Source: Trichosphaerium sp. ATCC 40318 (lineage: Eukaryota; Protista; Tubulinea). Taken from it: a DNA stretch of 64,000 nucleotides. The stretch is taken from assembly GCA_038496445.1 (NCBI GenBank), contig JALMLS010000507.1, positions 186,001-250,000 of the forward strand, read 5' to 3'. Made by a program: the position numbers and the translations under genes. The notes beneath the pieces are model-generated. The model did not search any database, was not told the DNA's origin, and worked only from the letters and a program-made list of their open reading frames with translations. This document shows, in pieces, positions 1 through 12,829 of the stretch (positions are counted from its first letter, which is position 1; each line of letters begins with the position of its first letter).

Positions 1-35
1 AAGTACACTGTGTAGTTTTGTTACCTATATTGTAG

Positions 36-158
36 ACAGGTGCTGTGGACAGTATCCATGATTCTGACTCGAACAAGGAAATTAAAGAATTGGATATCCA
101 GAATCAACGGTTACAAGCTGAGAATCAAACCTTGCATGCCCACCTTTCAACCGAGTGA
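36..158 (+). CDS. Last exon of an upstream class C GPCR paralog (C-terminal coiled coil); gene begins before the window
   Basis: Reads GAVDSIHDSDSNKEIKELDIQNQRLQAENQTLHAHLSTE*. It aligns with the last exon of the 1192-6315 gene (GAVDSISNEPDLKKKIKKLEAENLSLQTENESLHARLSTSSTN*). Preceded by a TAG acceptor and followed by AATAAA near 206. Confidence 0.8.
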   Translation, partial: TGAVDSIHDSDSNKEIKELDIQNQRLQAENQTLHAHLSTE

Positions 159-1191
159 CATCAATTGTATTTTTAGTTTTTAGTACTCTTGTTATTTGTT
201 TTTGAAATAAAAACTTGGTGAATGATTTCCCAAGCGCAACAAAGTTGTTTGTTTTTGATTGTAGAGCCATCTGCTGCAAACACACTTGCACCGCTGGCAC
301 AGGAACAGTCGACATCTACGGGTTCTTACTGAACTACACAGGCATCACCATCAGATACCACTATGCCTTTCATATCAGTGTTCATTGATGCCTGTCGGAA
401 CTTCAAGCAGTTGCCAATAAACGCTTCCAAATAATCAGCATATGTGATAGTAATATCAATATCTGTACAATGTGATTAGTTGACGATTTTCAAACCAATT
501 GTTTCTTCATATCACAAAATGACATCAAGCAAAAGTATGACATATCAGTTGAAAGGCGATGCAAGCTTTGAATTTCAGCTTGTAAGCCTATTCGCAGTTT
601 GTAAACTCTACAATTTTTTCTTCAATGCAGGTTTATTTGAAACACCTTTGTTGATTAGTAAACGTTAGTTAATAAATTAGACTGAGATCCTCGTGAAGTA
701 AATAGGCTTGTGTACATTGTATTAGTACTGATTCACAACACTGTCATCAATATATTAAGCACTGTATCTTCTGGCTGGCTCTTTGTGACGTTGCTGGTGT
801 GAACAGCAATACTAAAACAGCTAGGCGATTGGTCAAGTGCATAAATGTGCTCATAGTTACATCCACATTTGAGTAATATGTCAAACGGACGTCGAACTTC
901 AAAAAAGGTTTGTCAGTTCAAATACAAATCAGTTCCTAGATTAAACAGAAGCTGTTTTCGTTTGCTTCTGGTATGAGCTAGACAAGGTATGTACTGTGTG
1001 GGTGGCAATTTTGATGTCCTGAATTCTGATACTCTTTGAAAAGGCCATCCTTCGAACTATGCTTCGAACAAAAATATCGAACTTGTTTTTTTTTTGTACG
1101 AACCTTTTTTTGTTTATGTGAATACTAATGTTGTATATCACAATTATTTTGCAGTTCCTTGCAGTATCCTTTGTAACTATTTCCAAAAGAT

Positions 1192-4100
1192 ATGGCAACA
1201 CGTTACTTTTCATTATTCGTTTTCGCGGTGATGGTATCCCTTCACCAATGCGCAGTACTTCATGTGGCCACCAACGGTAAGGATTAATTTAATTCCTTGT
1301 TCAGCAGAGGGTGTATTAACGGTACTATTGTAGGTACAGATGATGGCGACTGTAGTCATTTGAACCCATGTAAATCCTTGAGATATGCCTTGTTTTCTGA
1401 GGCGATATCTGATGACGTGATAAAGCTTGGCGCTGGAGTGTATGCGGGTAAAGATAGAACAGTTTTTCAATAATTATTAAATAGTTTTGTTCAAGGCGAC
1501 AACAATACCAACCTCACGTGGGAACCGCTGAATCTGGCCAACGTTACAATTGAAGGTACGTTTTATGGTTTTGCCTCAACACTAAATTACCCAGCCTTTG
1601 TTATTAAAACGTGTGGTAGGAAGCGGTGATTTAGAAACTATTATTGACGGCGGAGATACCAATTACTTTATGAATGTAACGACTTTTGGTGTTAATATTA
1701 CACTCTCAAACCTTACAATTCAACAGATGGCGTGTCCTCGGTTCAACGTACAACATACAATTAACGCTGAGTTTAACAATATTAAAACTCCGCTTTAGTG
1801 TGACAATGGCAGTGATATCGCTTCGGTACTTACAATACAAGGTGGGCACGTTGACATTAGGTACAGCCTGCCAAAACTGCAAATTATTGAGTGTTTTTTT
1901 TTTTACCAAACACGTGGCTTTATTCGTAGCAAACCTACGCCTGTTCTTGTAGGTTTCTTAGAACTACCATTCGCTTACGCTTTTTTTGAATGCTTAATTT
2001 GTCGTGGTCCGGCTAGCTCCGAAAATCTGTAGCGGGAATACTACAACAAAATTTGCTACCGGCTTAAACTGGTATCACATAGAAAAGGTTGAGTTTTCCG
2101 TTATTTTTCTTAGCCGCAGCTACGTTACTAATATTTAAGGCCCTGATAGCAAAGGGACAAGGCGTACAGTAGCGCGTTTTTTTACCACTGTTATTTTGTT
2201 TCACGTTTCTTTTTTATCCCTATCCATTACAATAAGTCTATTCTAACTGGTACTATCGTAGGGACTGTCTTTTTCGTCGAAACAAATGCGGCAACTGTAC
2301 ACGCACTACAAGTATAATACAGAATCAAGGAGGCTCTATGTTATTGAAAGGGTTGGAGGACATTTGAACTTGTAGTTTTACTGATAACTCTTTAGAGTAC
2401 ATTTTGAAGGAAACTCAGCAAGTGTCAGCATTTTAAACTCTAGACTAGTTGTTGAAAATTCGACCTTCGAACATGGACACGTGTACAAAGGTGCCGCTTT
2501 CAAAACAAATTGTTGCTGATGGTTGCAGGGCAAATTTATGGCGATGGAACAGTGAATGTGATTGTAAAGAATAGCAGCTTTTTATTTGGTTCAGCACATG
2601 AAGGTGGAGGAATCGGTAGGTTTACCACGTTTTTTTAGAGCTAATTGTTCTAGCAATTGAATCATCTCAAAGCAACGAATCAACAGTACACATTTCAGGT
2701 TCTAAATTTACAAACAATAAAGTTACATCCGATGGTGGGGCAGTATGGCTTGTGTATGGGGACATCTCAATAAAAGACTGCACTTTCAGGTAAAATGAAT
2801 GACTGTAAAGCGCTGATGCAGTTGTAGTAATAACATCGCTCATAATGATGGTGGTGGATTATACAGCGAGAGTGCCAGTTCCTCAATCCAAGACTGCACT
2901 TTCAGGTAAAATAAATGACTGTAAAGCGCTGATGCAGTTAGTAATAACACGGCTCATGATGACGGTGGAGGAGCATTCAGCGAGTTCAGTAGTTTTTCAA
3001 TGCAAGGCTGCACTTTCAGGTAAACAAATAGTGTAGAAAAATTGAGGAGCATCGCTTTTAAGACAGTTTCAGAAACCCCGACATTTTTGAAAAAAAAAAA
3101 AAAGAGTTCTAGAAAAATTGCTTTGACTGTCGGTACTTCTCCTCGGCACAGCATAAACGAATCGCCAAAACATTACTTACAACTATAAGTATAGTTTACT
3201 AGCTATATATTAAAAATACCAATTTAAGATTGTTCTGAGGTGAGTAAAAACGTCTCAAAGATTCTCGAAATACCTTAAATGTCAATCCAAACAGAATTTT
3301 TTTGAAACTGTCTCAAAAACAATGTGCCCCTGAGTGTATCGCTTACAGTTGTAGTAATAACACCGCTGAACACCAAGGAGGAGGATTTTTCAGTTTTAAT
3401 AGCAATACATCAACAGAAAATAGTCGTTTTGAGGGCAATCATGCTGCAACAGGGGGTGGAGGGTACTCAAGAGTAGGGAGGGTGAAATGCATCAATGTTA
3501 CCTTCTTTCAAAATACAGCCATCATAAGCCCCTCTACTGCATTTGGAGGAGGAGCGTACCTTGACAGTATTGTAAATATGTTTAATTGCACATTTGCAGG
3601 TAATATTGGACGCAGTGGGGCAGGTCTTAGGCTAGGCGATTCATCAAATGTATCAAATTGCTTATTTATTAGCAACAAAGCTTCTAATTTAGGAGGCGCT
3701 GTATCAGCACAGTCTAAACAATTACGCTTTACTCAAAATATCTTTGAACAAAACGAGGCTTTGGAAGGTAGTGCACTAAGGCTGATAACAAGTAATGTTA
3801 CAGTAGAAAATAACTTATTCATGAACAATACTGGATCAGGCACTACCATGCACCATAATATACGCTGATAGAATCTAGCTATCTCAATCAATAATGATCT
3901 TGAAAATGATATAATAACTAACGGATATTTAAAAAACACTACAGTATCAAACAACGTGTTCGAAAATACCAATCCAGATGATTTTGATAGCTTGTTCCCA
4001 CGGATTACTGGAGGTACCTTTCTATTTGTATCTGTTTTGATGACATATTGTTCAGGTAATGTGTTTAGCACATTACAAATGCCACTGTTTTCGAATTGGA

Positions 4101-6315
4101 TCAAAGAGCAATCAGACACTGTCGAACATCTGGTCATTGACAGTGGCTTTCTGAATTTTCGAAGGATGGAGTGTTGGAAGTGTATTCGAGTTTTAATGCT
4201 GAAAGTGGACGAATTTATGTACTGTTGTTGAAACAAAAACAATGCACTGCTTAACTCGTAAATTTAGGGAACGTCTTCTAACCTCGAGAAACAGCTCATA
4301 CTCAAACGGAATTGCACCTCCTCAGTTTCTGGTATTATAATAGATTCCGTAGGAATAGAAAACAGAGGTACATGTCTTAGTTGAAAGGTCACATGATTAA
4401 CCTTGTAAAATAGGATCAATGAGCTTGCATAGTTTATTATTAAGTAGCATAATATATATCCCTCATACTACTATTGTTACCCTCGAATATGGCACTTTGA
4501 GAATTGCACCAGAGATGTTTGTTCATGGGCAAGACAGTTTTTTGGAAATGCTTCAACACTCTTCGCTAGTTATTGATGTAAGTGAGCTTATATATCTTGA
4601 CTACTGAAAACATTTAGGGTCGTGTGAGAATGAAATCTACAGATATTGTTATCGGACCTCAAAGCAATTTCAACATGTCTTTAGGGACATCATATTTAGT
4701 GCTCACCGAGTCAGTAGTTTCTATTCGTAAGTATATTGCTTTTACATACCTTCGTTTACCGGTTATCTAGTAGGTACACTGTTCGTATCAATACCTCATA
4801 CTTCAACACACTTTCAACTGTTTGACATGGTCCCTTTGATTGAATTCTCTGAAGGGTCAAGTGTTATATTTAATGGAACCATGATTGTTGACCACAGCAC
4901 TACTTTTCCATTTTCCCCCGCATTAGTATTGTCAAATAGTTCCATGTCAATTCAGATGGTGGAAAGAGAACAAACCTTAAGGGATTGGAGGTGGAGTGAT
5001 GCTACGACTATAATAGGAATATCAGTTGGGTGCTTTGGATTGCTTTTAACTATGGTTGTAGTCACTGTTGTATTATACTTTTGGTATGTTATTAAAATCG
5101 TATTTTCTCAACAACACTATCTAACGTTTGAATAGGAAATCTTCACCAATATTGAGGGCATCAACACCAGAACTACTTGTGGTTATCCTCGTTGGTATCT
5201 GCTTGTTGTATTGTGGCACAATTGTTTGGTATGGCAGTAGTACTATGAAGTTTGTCTACTAAAACTAACTCAATAAAGGACTGCTCCTATATCTGACACT
5301 ATCTGTGAGTTGCGGATATGGATTCCATTGATGGGATTTATTACTACTATGGCGTACGCTTTATTTCAGTACAACTACAATATGTTTGAACTACTAACCA
5401 CAACTTTAAGGCCGCTTGTGGCGAAAACTTACAGAATTCACAGAATATTTAACACCCTCAACAAACGTCCAACTTATGTTGTTGCAGTGCCTCTAATAGA
5501 TGTTGTTAAACTAACAGCTGGATTAATAAGCGGTCAAATAGTATCCTTATGCCTTGATTTTGTTTGTTTCGCTTTGTTACTTGTTTATCTTAAACTTGTT
5601 AAGATTGCTTTAATTATGTGGTCAGTAATGTCTCCAAACCGAATTGGTTACACACCAGATCCAAACAATAGCAGCTTTAAACTTGCGCACTGCGAGAGTA
5701 GATACGCTAGCGTATTTCTGATTATCACTATCGTCTACGATGTACGCGCACTATTGGTACTTCATTTTATTAAACAATTGTGTAGGGAATAATATTGGTT
5801 GTTGGTTCATATCTTGCGTTCACTGTCCGCAAGGCTCCAAGTATTTATAATGAATCACGTTGGTTGGGAGCAGCTATTTATGATATGTTCGTATGGGCGC
5901 TGATACTTGTTGGGCTGGGATACGCCATCACGTCACTATCACTTCTCAGGAGTGTGAGTATTCTTTTCTCAGTTGCAATTTGGATAAGTACAACAGGTAC
6001 ATCACAAACAACTTTGAACGTAATTACTAAATCTTGTTCTTTTAGTGACTCTTGCTGTTATCTTTGCGCCAAAGTTGTATGTCATTTTCTTTGGTAATGA
6101 CGTACCTCTCAGTTCTCAACAGTACGTACACTATGTGTGCTCTTTTGTGAGTTAATGATGTTAGGCAACATTCGCTAGATTTAGGCGCTGTGGATAGTAT
6201 CTCCAATGAACCTGATTTGAAGAAGAAGATTAAAAAACTGGAGGCCGAAAATCTAAGTTTACAAACCGAAAATGAAAGCTTGCATGCTCGCCTTTCAACT
6301 AGTAGTACCAATTGA
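1192..6315 (+). CDS. Class C (7tm_3, GABA-B-like) GPCR with signal peptide, right-handed beta-helix (pectin-lyase/Pmp-like GGA-FxxN) ectodomain and C-terminal coiled coil; multi-exon
   Basis: Signal peptide MATRYFSLFVFAVMVSLHQC, then LHVATNGTDDGDCSHLNPCKSL and many FxxN...GGG/GGA repeats. The 7TM region has the class C motifs ILRASTP, LVAKTYRIHRIFN and IYNESRWLG. Confidence 0.88.
2766..3025 (+). repeat. Tandem exon+intron duplication (78-nt exons, about 115-bp period) within the GPCR beta-helix
   Basis: CTGCACTTTCAG|GTAAA occurs three times (donors 2790, 2906, 3020). Introns 2790-2827 and 2906-2941 are nearly identical. Confidence 0.9.
3044..3332. mobile_element. Possible MITE-like insertion in a GPCR intron
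   Basis: Imperfect terminal inverted repeat: TTTTAAGACAGTTTCAGA at 3056-3073 versus TTTGAAACTGTCTCAAAA at 3301-3318 (16/18), extending loosely to about 30 bp. This intron is about 335 nt while its sister introns are 36-38 nt. No TSD found. Confidence 0.45.
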
Positions 6316-6734
6316 TATGTGATACATCCTCATTCCTTTTTGTTTATGTTAACAATTTGGTTATGAATAAAACCTTTAGTTTTGTCATATAACTTGTAGG
6401 CGTAGCCAATGTTGATAGTCGCTAGATCTCGTTTGAAGTAGACTGTTAAGGCTTCCTTTTGCTCGGCGAGGCTTAGTGTAATAATATTATTCTTACATTT
6501 TTGTCATGTCAGTTGATAACTTCAGAAAATGTGCCGTCAGTCACTAGTGTAGTGCCATAACTTTTCAGATTTTGGTACGTGCTGGGTGATCTGCTTGATC
6601 TCTGCAAGCTATCTTGTTGCTGAAGTTGTAGCTTGCGAGTTGGTCCGTCCGTTTTAAATCGCAACGAGTAGGCACAGAAATTGCAGATTTGATAAACTAC
6701 GCAGAAACTCTCTGACTAGCTTAGTGTCAAGACC

Positions 6735-8311
6735 ATGGACTACGGATATGGTGGTTACGATTATGATGATTTATTGGCTGAAGCAATGAGTGATCCTTGC
6801 CAATTTATGCATTGGGACAAAGAAGACCGCCCTTATCATCTAATGGGCAATCCAGGCTATTCTAACTACGATACTGGAGATTCTAGCCTTGCTGACTTGA
6901 TAAATAAATCTTTATCAATGAACCAACGATCTCGTAAACCCACCAAATCGGTACTTTACGCGTAGAAAACCCAATTTAACGTTTTGTAGAGAGTATGTAA
7001 ATTTTTTTTACGCGGAACTTGTAAATTCGGCGCGCAATGCCGATTCAGCCATGACAAAACCTGCAGGTATTACCTGTCACCTCAAGGGTGTCGATACGGG
7101 GAAGAATGTCTATACGAACACCCCGAGTACGCTAAAAGATACTTTAAACTGCTCATTGAAGTACAGTCCAACGTTAGCATCGACTAAAGAAGCAAAAAGC
7201 GAGGTTGAAAGGCTAAAAGCAGAAGGAAACTCATATTTCGGAAAAAAGCAGTTCAAAAATGCTGTAGCTGCTTATACGCGCGCAATAGACTTATGCAAGA
7301 AAGATATAGATAGTCTGTCCGATATCGCGCACGTGATTTTTAGTAACAGGGCTGCGTGTTATTTGAAGCTTGAAAACTACGAAAACGCTCTTCAGGATGC
7401 GTGCAACTGTGTTGATCTTAAGCCTGATTTTACAAAGGTGAGAAAAAAAACAAATTTTTTTTTTGTTGCTGTTTCACAATCGTCCCGTTGTTCGTCACGT
7501 GACTTATATGTTTTTTTTTCAGGGACATTACCGTAAAGGACTTGCTTACTTGGGTTTGGATTACTTTAAGTATGCTAAGTTATCGTTTGAAGAAGCGTTA
7601 AGGATAGACCCAAAGTGTTCTGATGCTGTTAAAAAACTGAAAGAATGTCTAAGTGTTTTGAACCAAATTGCATCAGAGCAGTCTTATGACTCAGATGATT
7701 CACGTGCTATATCTGTTTCTTACTCATGTGAACATGGGAGCTACCCATGCCGATCATTCACAGAAGGTACTAGAATGTTTCAATTTCTTAGACTTTCATT
7801 TTTGGTTTTCTTTTTTAGCTCGTTTTTTAATTGACACATATCTAGATGATACTTGCAAAGAGTGTTTAATAGAAGCTGAAAAAAGGCTCATTGCTGCTTC
7901 AAAAAGGAATTTTAGTATTGATCGTAGCTACCATGAAAATTCAGATAGCTATGGTACACTAAAAGGTACGACAAAATAGTCAATTTTTTTGCTTTGGTTT
8001 TTTTCACATATGTTATGTTAGTTACTTGGTGGGGATCTGAAAGTAAGAAAGAATCTGTTACGGATACAATAAGAGCACTACCGTCTCGTGATACACTTGA
8101 GGAATTGGAAATGTCATTTTTAAATGATACACCTGACGCCGAACTAAAAGAGCTTGCTTTATTTCCAAAAGAATTTTGGGCTTGTGTATTCAACTTTGGT
8201 TCACTCCATATTGCTTTTAACAGATCTGGTATGTCGAGAGTCAAGAATGTATTCATCGTAGATGACAAAAAGAGAATACTAGATGACAAAGAGTTCATCA
8301 AGAAAGAGTAA
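6735..8311 (+). CDS. Tandem CCCH zinc finger + TPR protein with uncharacterised C-terminus
   Basis: The exon near 6990-7127 reads VCKFFLRGTCKFGAQCRFSHDKTCRYYLSPQGCRYGEECLYEH (two CCCH). TPRs LKAEGNSYF...FSNRAACYLKLENY...GHYRKGLAYLGL follow. Stop at 8311, AATAAA near 8335. Confidence 0.85.
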
Positions 8312-8442
8312 AACAACGAACAAAGTACTTTTAAATAAAACTAGATTGACTTAACGTTGTAGTTGTTAAGCCTTTTCACGAGCAAAAGCGTTGCTTTTGG
8401 GCTGTTGGAATTGCTTTTGATCTACATAGGCGTATTTAGAGC

Positions 8443-9920
8443 ATGTTCAAGCCAAAGAGACGTAATAAACGAAAATTGTTTGTACGTAAGCCAACAAGCT
8501 TCGAATCTGACGAAAGGACGCATGTACCAGTATTTGTAACGCTTTCTGAAATGACATCACTTCCAGCAGAGCTTTTATGTATGTGACACGCTCTTAAACC
8601 ATACCTAATGTCTATAGACGCTATTATCTCTTACATACCACAATTATCACATCAAAACAAGATTGTGACAGTTTGTAAACGTTGGTACGTAACGACACGC
8701 GCATTGAGTACATAATATCCATGTTTAATGCATTACTAAGGCGTGAAGTCATTTATAGCTTGCCACTTAAATACTTTGGTGAAAACTTTATCGCAGATGG
8801 ATACTTGCTTGTTTCAGACGAGATATCGAAGAACTACAGCTTACTCTGTAGGCTACCAAAAGTAAATTGGCTTGTGTTCCAACCACACTCCGTTAATATC
8901 AGTACTACGAAGACTCATAAACGCATGGCTTTCTAGCTTATCGGTATGATTAGATGCACGTTTACAGATAATGGCTCCATACCTTAGGAATCTTACAATA
9001 CTTGATGTTACTGAGTGTTCTTTAATATCAGGTGATGCATTGCGTGTAAGCATTTGAAGAAAAAAATGTTGCAGGCAGTTTATGCAACGCAAACAAAGAC
9101 GTATTAATGATATTTTAGTACATTGGACTTCACTGTAAATTACTTCGCAAGCTTTTTGCAAAGGTATTTATTATACGCCTTGTTTGTTATCCCGCAAATT
9201 TCTTGTGTCAATCACGTGATTAATTTTTTTCCTAGAATGACGTCAACACCTCAAGTTTAACCGACTACACTTTACGAGCTTTTGATAATTGTACACAATT
9301 GACATCTGTCAACCTTGGTGGTATGAAAAAGGACTACACTTGGCAGTTATTAAGCTCATGTTTCTTAAGGTTGGTCAATAACCAATAATGCTATTGTAAG
9401 TTTAACAAAGAAGTGCACGAAGTTGAGACACTTGAGTATGGCTAGATGTGTGGATGTCTCAGATGGAGCAATCAAGGTAAGTACATTAGTGCGCGCTTAA
9501 AACCATAAACGGCCAAGCAAACAATCACTTGCATTGATCAAAACTATTGCAGAATTTCGTCACTACTTCGCTTACTTAATGATAGATCCTATCACTTAAG
9601 TGTACTAATCTTGTATCACTTGATATTGGTGGTATGTTATTTTAATATTCTGGTTATTGTTTAATGACTATTTTAAAGGCACTAAAACATCCTCGAAATC
9701 TTTACAGATGTTACAGCGTTGTACGGGATTGAAACATTTAATAGTTGGAAAGATGGAATGCAAGATTATAGAACCTTTTCTACAGCAGTTACCTTCCCTT
9801 TCTTTTGTTGGTATGTTGCGTAAGCAATTGAGAAAGATTGAAGATCCCAAACCTTTCTATACAAGTAATCATCAGAGAATAAGTGCATTCTTTGATGAAC
9901 ATATTTGGACTCTAGATTAG
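8443..9920 (+). CDS. F-box/LRR (FBXL-like) protein, multi-exon
   Basis: MTSLPAELL|YAIISYI...VCKRW F-box; LRR exons such as CTQLTSVNLG, KCTKLRHLSMARCVDVSDGAIK, CTNLVSLDIG, RCTGLKHL. The 3' end is uncertain. Confidence 0.75.
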
Positions 9921-10498
9921 AAACTTATAAATTCCTTACAACAAAAAAGATTGCCTTCATTGTACATTACACCTCAACTTCTTAACCGGGTTAGTACGAA
10001 TTAGTATACCGTTGGAAAGATTTGGTATGTTGCCGCATGGTTGCTGTGTTCGGTCTTTTCAACAAGCAAGTATACAATAAAACTTTATTTAGTAACCAGA
10101 ATTATCACAGTTACTACACTATTTTGTTTTGTGAATCATTATAGTACTCATGGTCAACCCAAAGGATGCAACCCTGACCATCTGTAGCATGTTAGCACAC
10201 TATTCCGTCATACCAAAGTCTGTGTTGCCTTTCTTAAACCACTCCTTAAACAGTTTTTGACTGGCTTTTTCCTAAAAACCGAAAGCGCTGCTGTTGTATT
10301 ATAATTTGGTAAATTACTTATACATAGAGCTAAGGTAATGCTGTCTAGATTGGCATTAGGTAGTAGAGGTACACACTTTATACATCTTTTAGTTAATTCG
10401 AGCGCTTAGCGTGTAGAAATGGCATTTCCTACGCGCAAAGAGGCCGTAGAGCTATAGCTATTCATCCATTGCTCGAAAAAAAAAAGAGAGACGTTATT

Positions 10499-12036
10499 AT
10501 GGCTCAAGACACGGCGGAGCGTAGACGAGGATACATACATGAGATAATAACGCAACTAGAAAACATAAGACGTGACCCAGAAACGAAGTACACGAGTTTT
10601 AAGCGAAACTCACTTTACCACTTCCAAGCTAGATTTAACAAACAATAACACATCACATAGGCTTCTCAATGAAAAACTTGTTGAGATAAACAACAAAAAA
10701 GAAGCCGAACTTCCTGCTGTACTGTTCTTTTCTGACTTTTGAAAAAGCAACTTATTTTTTCGCTTGTTTTACGTTATGATAGGCTACAAGTGAGCTAGCA
10801 CAGCCAAAGATACTCAAACTTATGGTAATACAGACGATGCTCTGTAGAGCTATATCTAAATATGAAGAGCACGTGCATATGAGCATTTTTGGATGACATT
10901 GGCAAACTTTTTTATTTCTTTTGTTTTGTATTTCTAACTTGCTTTCAGTTGGACTACAGTTGGTTATTTAGATGGAGATCATTTTATGAGTTTATCAACA
11001 GGTGTACCTCAAGTTGGAGATCGATCTAGGCCTTCTGAAGATCGTGCTTGTTTTATATTTACATCAACAGAAGAATACAAAAAGTGGGCTGAAAATCCTA
11101 AGAATAAGAAAATGCTCGATGACTACAAGCAGATAAATAATCTACCTGAAAGCACAGACTTGTGTTTTAGCATATCAACACCTAAACTAACAGATTCAAT
11201 ATTTTCATCAGCAAAGAGACCAATCGTATGTCAAACAAAGTACATCAAAATATTGATCCTACATTTAGGTGCCTATTATTGATGGACGTGTATCAACAAC
11301 ACTTGTGAGTACCTACACATACTATTGTACCTCATTCATTTCTTACATTTCTAAAGGATCCTTCATCCGCTTCAGAAGCTCTCTTGCAGCCATATTTTGA
11401 ACAATGTCTTGTTACAGCTAAAAATAAAAACTTGGAGCTTGATGAAAAGGAAGCGTCAAATGTATGCTTTATATGTTTATTATCTTTCCTTCTGTTTGTT
11501 TATACCACTAATACATTGCCCTTTTAGTTTGCAAACCTTCTGCACCTTATGAAGTTTTATTCAGTCTCAACAATAAAGGACATAAACGATCCAACAGCAA
11601 ACTCTCCTGATGTTTTTTCGGATGGAATGGGAAACTACTTTATGCCTATTTTTACAGATCAGACATTCACTCATTTATTAAATCCAAGTCTTCCACCAAT
11701 GCCTGAGGGTCATCAAAGAAATATAGCAACAATGCTTGGTAAGCAACATTGTTCTCATTTTTTTCTTGTTTTTTCTGTATTTCAAACGTGTCTCTGCTTG
11801 CTTTTGTAGTTTCTTTTTTTTTCTTATTTGTTTAAGGAATGCACGCTATTAGAGTTATGGAAGATTGTGCTAAGCGAAATGTTTGGATTGGAATAAACCC
11901 TGTCGATCCTACGCTTGCCAATGCTGTTGGTATATCAGAAATGGAAGATTTTTTGCAGTTCAAACTTACACCTAAAGATCTTATGTCTATTGTAAATATT
12001 TACAAGCGTTCCAATGAAGGGAAAGAACAACAATAA
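10499..12036 (+). CDS. Hypothetical protein with probable SseB-like domain(s)
   Basis: Spliceable multi-exon ORF from MAQDTAERRR. Motifs CFIFTSTEEYKKW and FMPIFTD...IGINP resemble the SseB N-terminal pattern (PvFTs...viNP). AATAAA at about 12039. The gene is well supported; the domain call is by eye only. Confidence 0.55.
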
Positions 12037-12216
12037 CCAATAAAAAATTGAGCAAAGTTGTATTCATGCGTACATAATGTTGTCTATGAGTACTGTAGAG
12101 GCTTACTTTAATTGATTTGCATTGTCATGTGTATATCCATTTGTACACGTTCTAAGACTTGTTTCTTATCATCCCTCTTCTTTTTGTTTGAAGTCATCCT
12201 GTAGTTGATTTCTTGT

Positions 12217-12829
12217 TTATTTTGGTAAATTGTGTGTCTTAATATCATTGACATAAAAACAGTGTTCAACAAGCACACCGTTGTAATCCCACCTACTTAA
12301 CTCTCCTTCCTTTTTACCTTTTATGTAACGAACACACAATTGCATTCTACTTCCAGTATGAAAGAGCGTGTAGTCTACCATCACTATAGTTAATTTTTTC
12401 CCACAAGAACGCATCACACTGAAACTCTGGGTCCCATTCATCCCTGTGACCTTCATAATCCCATTTCTTATACAATCCCTCGCGCTTGCCATTGACATAA
12501 TACATCAATGAGTATACTTGGTTAGAATCATACCACTTCTTGCGCTCTCCATGACGCTTGCCATGACTCCAATACTCTCGACATTTTTGTTGTATTCTTG
12601 TTCCACCGTATCTAAGACCAAGTATTTGATACTTTACCCATTTCCCATGTTTCTTCAACTCGCTATCATACCTTGATGCCATTGCTGTATGTTTCGATAA
12701 TAAAGGATATAGTAAGTAGATCTCAAAGTCCAAATCAATAATGTCAAGCTGTAGCTCTATAGGAAGGCGTATTAACTGGCACGAACTCTCTTGTAATGTA
12801 CATTCTGTTGATATTGTGTTTGCTAACAT
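12217..12829 (-). pseudogene. F-box-like + MORN-variant (YwqK/MORN_2-type) repeat protein, frameshifted
   Basis: LIRLPIELQLDII N-terminus, then repeats such as GKRHGERKKWY and NGKREGLYKKW. The frame breaks near 12365 and the repeats resume in another frame (YIKGKKEGELSRWDYNG). Confidence 0.75.

Noticed and set aside
160-1190. Short ORFs between the GPCR paralogs
   Set aside because: No homology or splice support that I can see; treated as intergenic.
8370-8445. In-frame TAG three bases before the F-box ATG, suggesting readthrough or fusion with the CCCH-TPR gene
   Set aside because: No splice route keeps the frame, and the upstream gene has its own stop at 8311 and an AATAAA.
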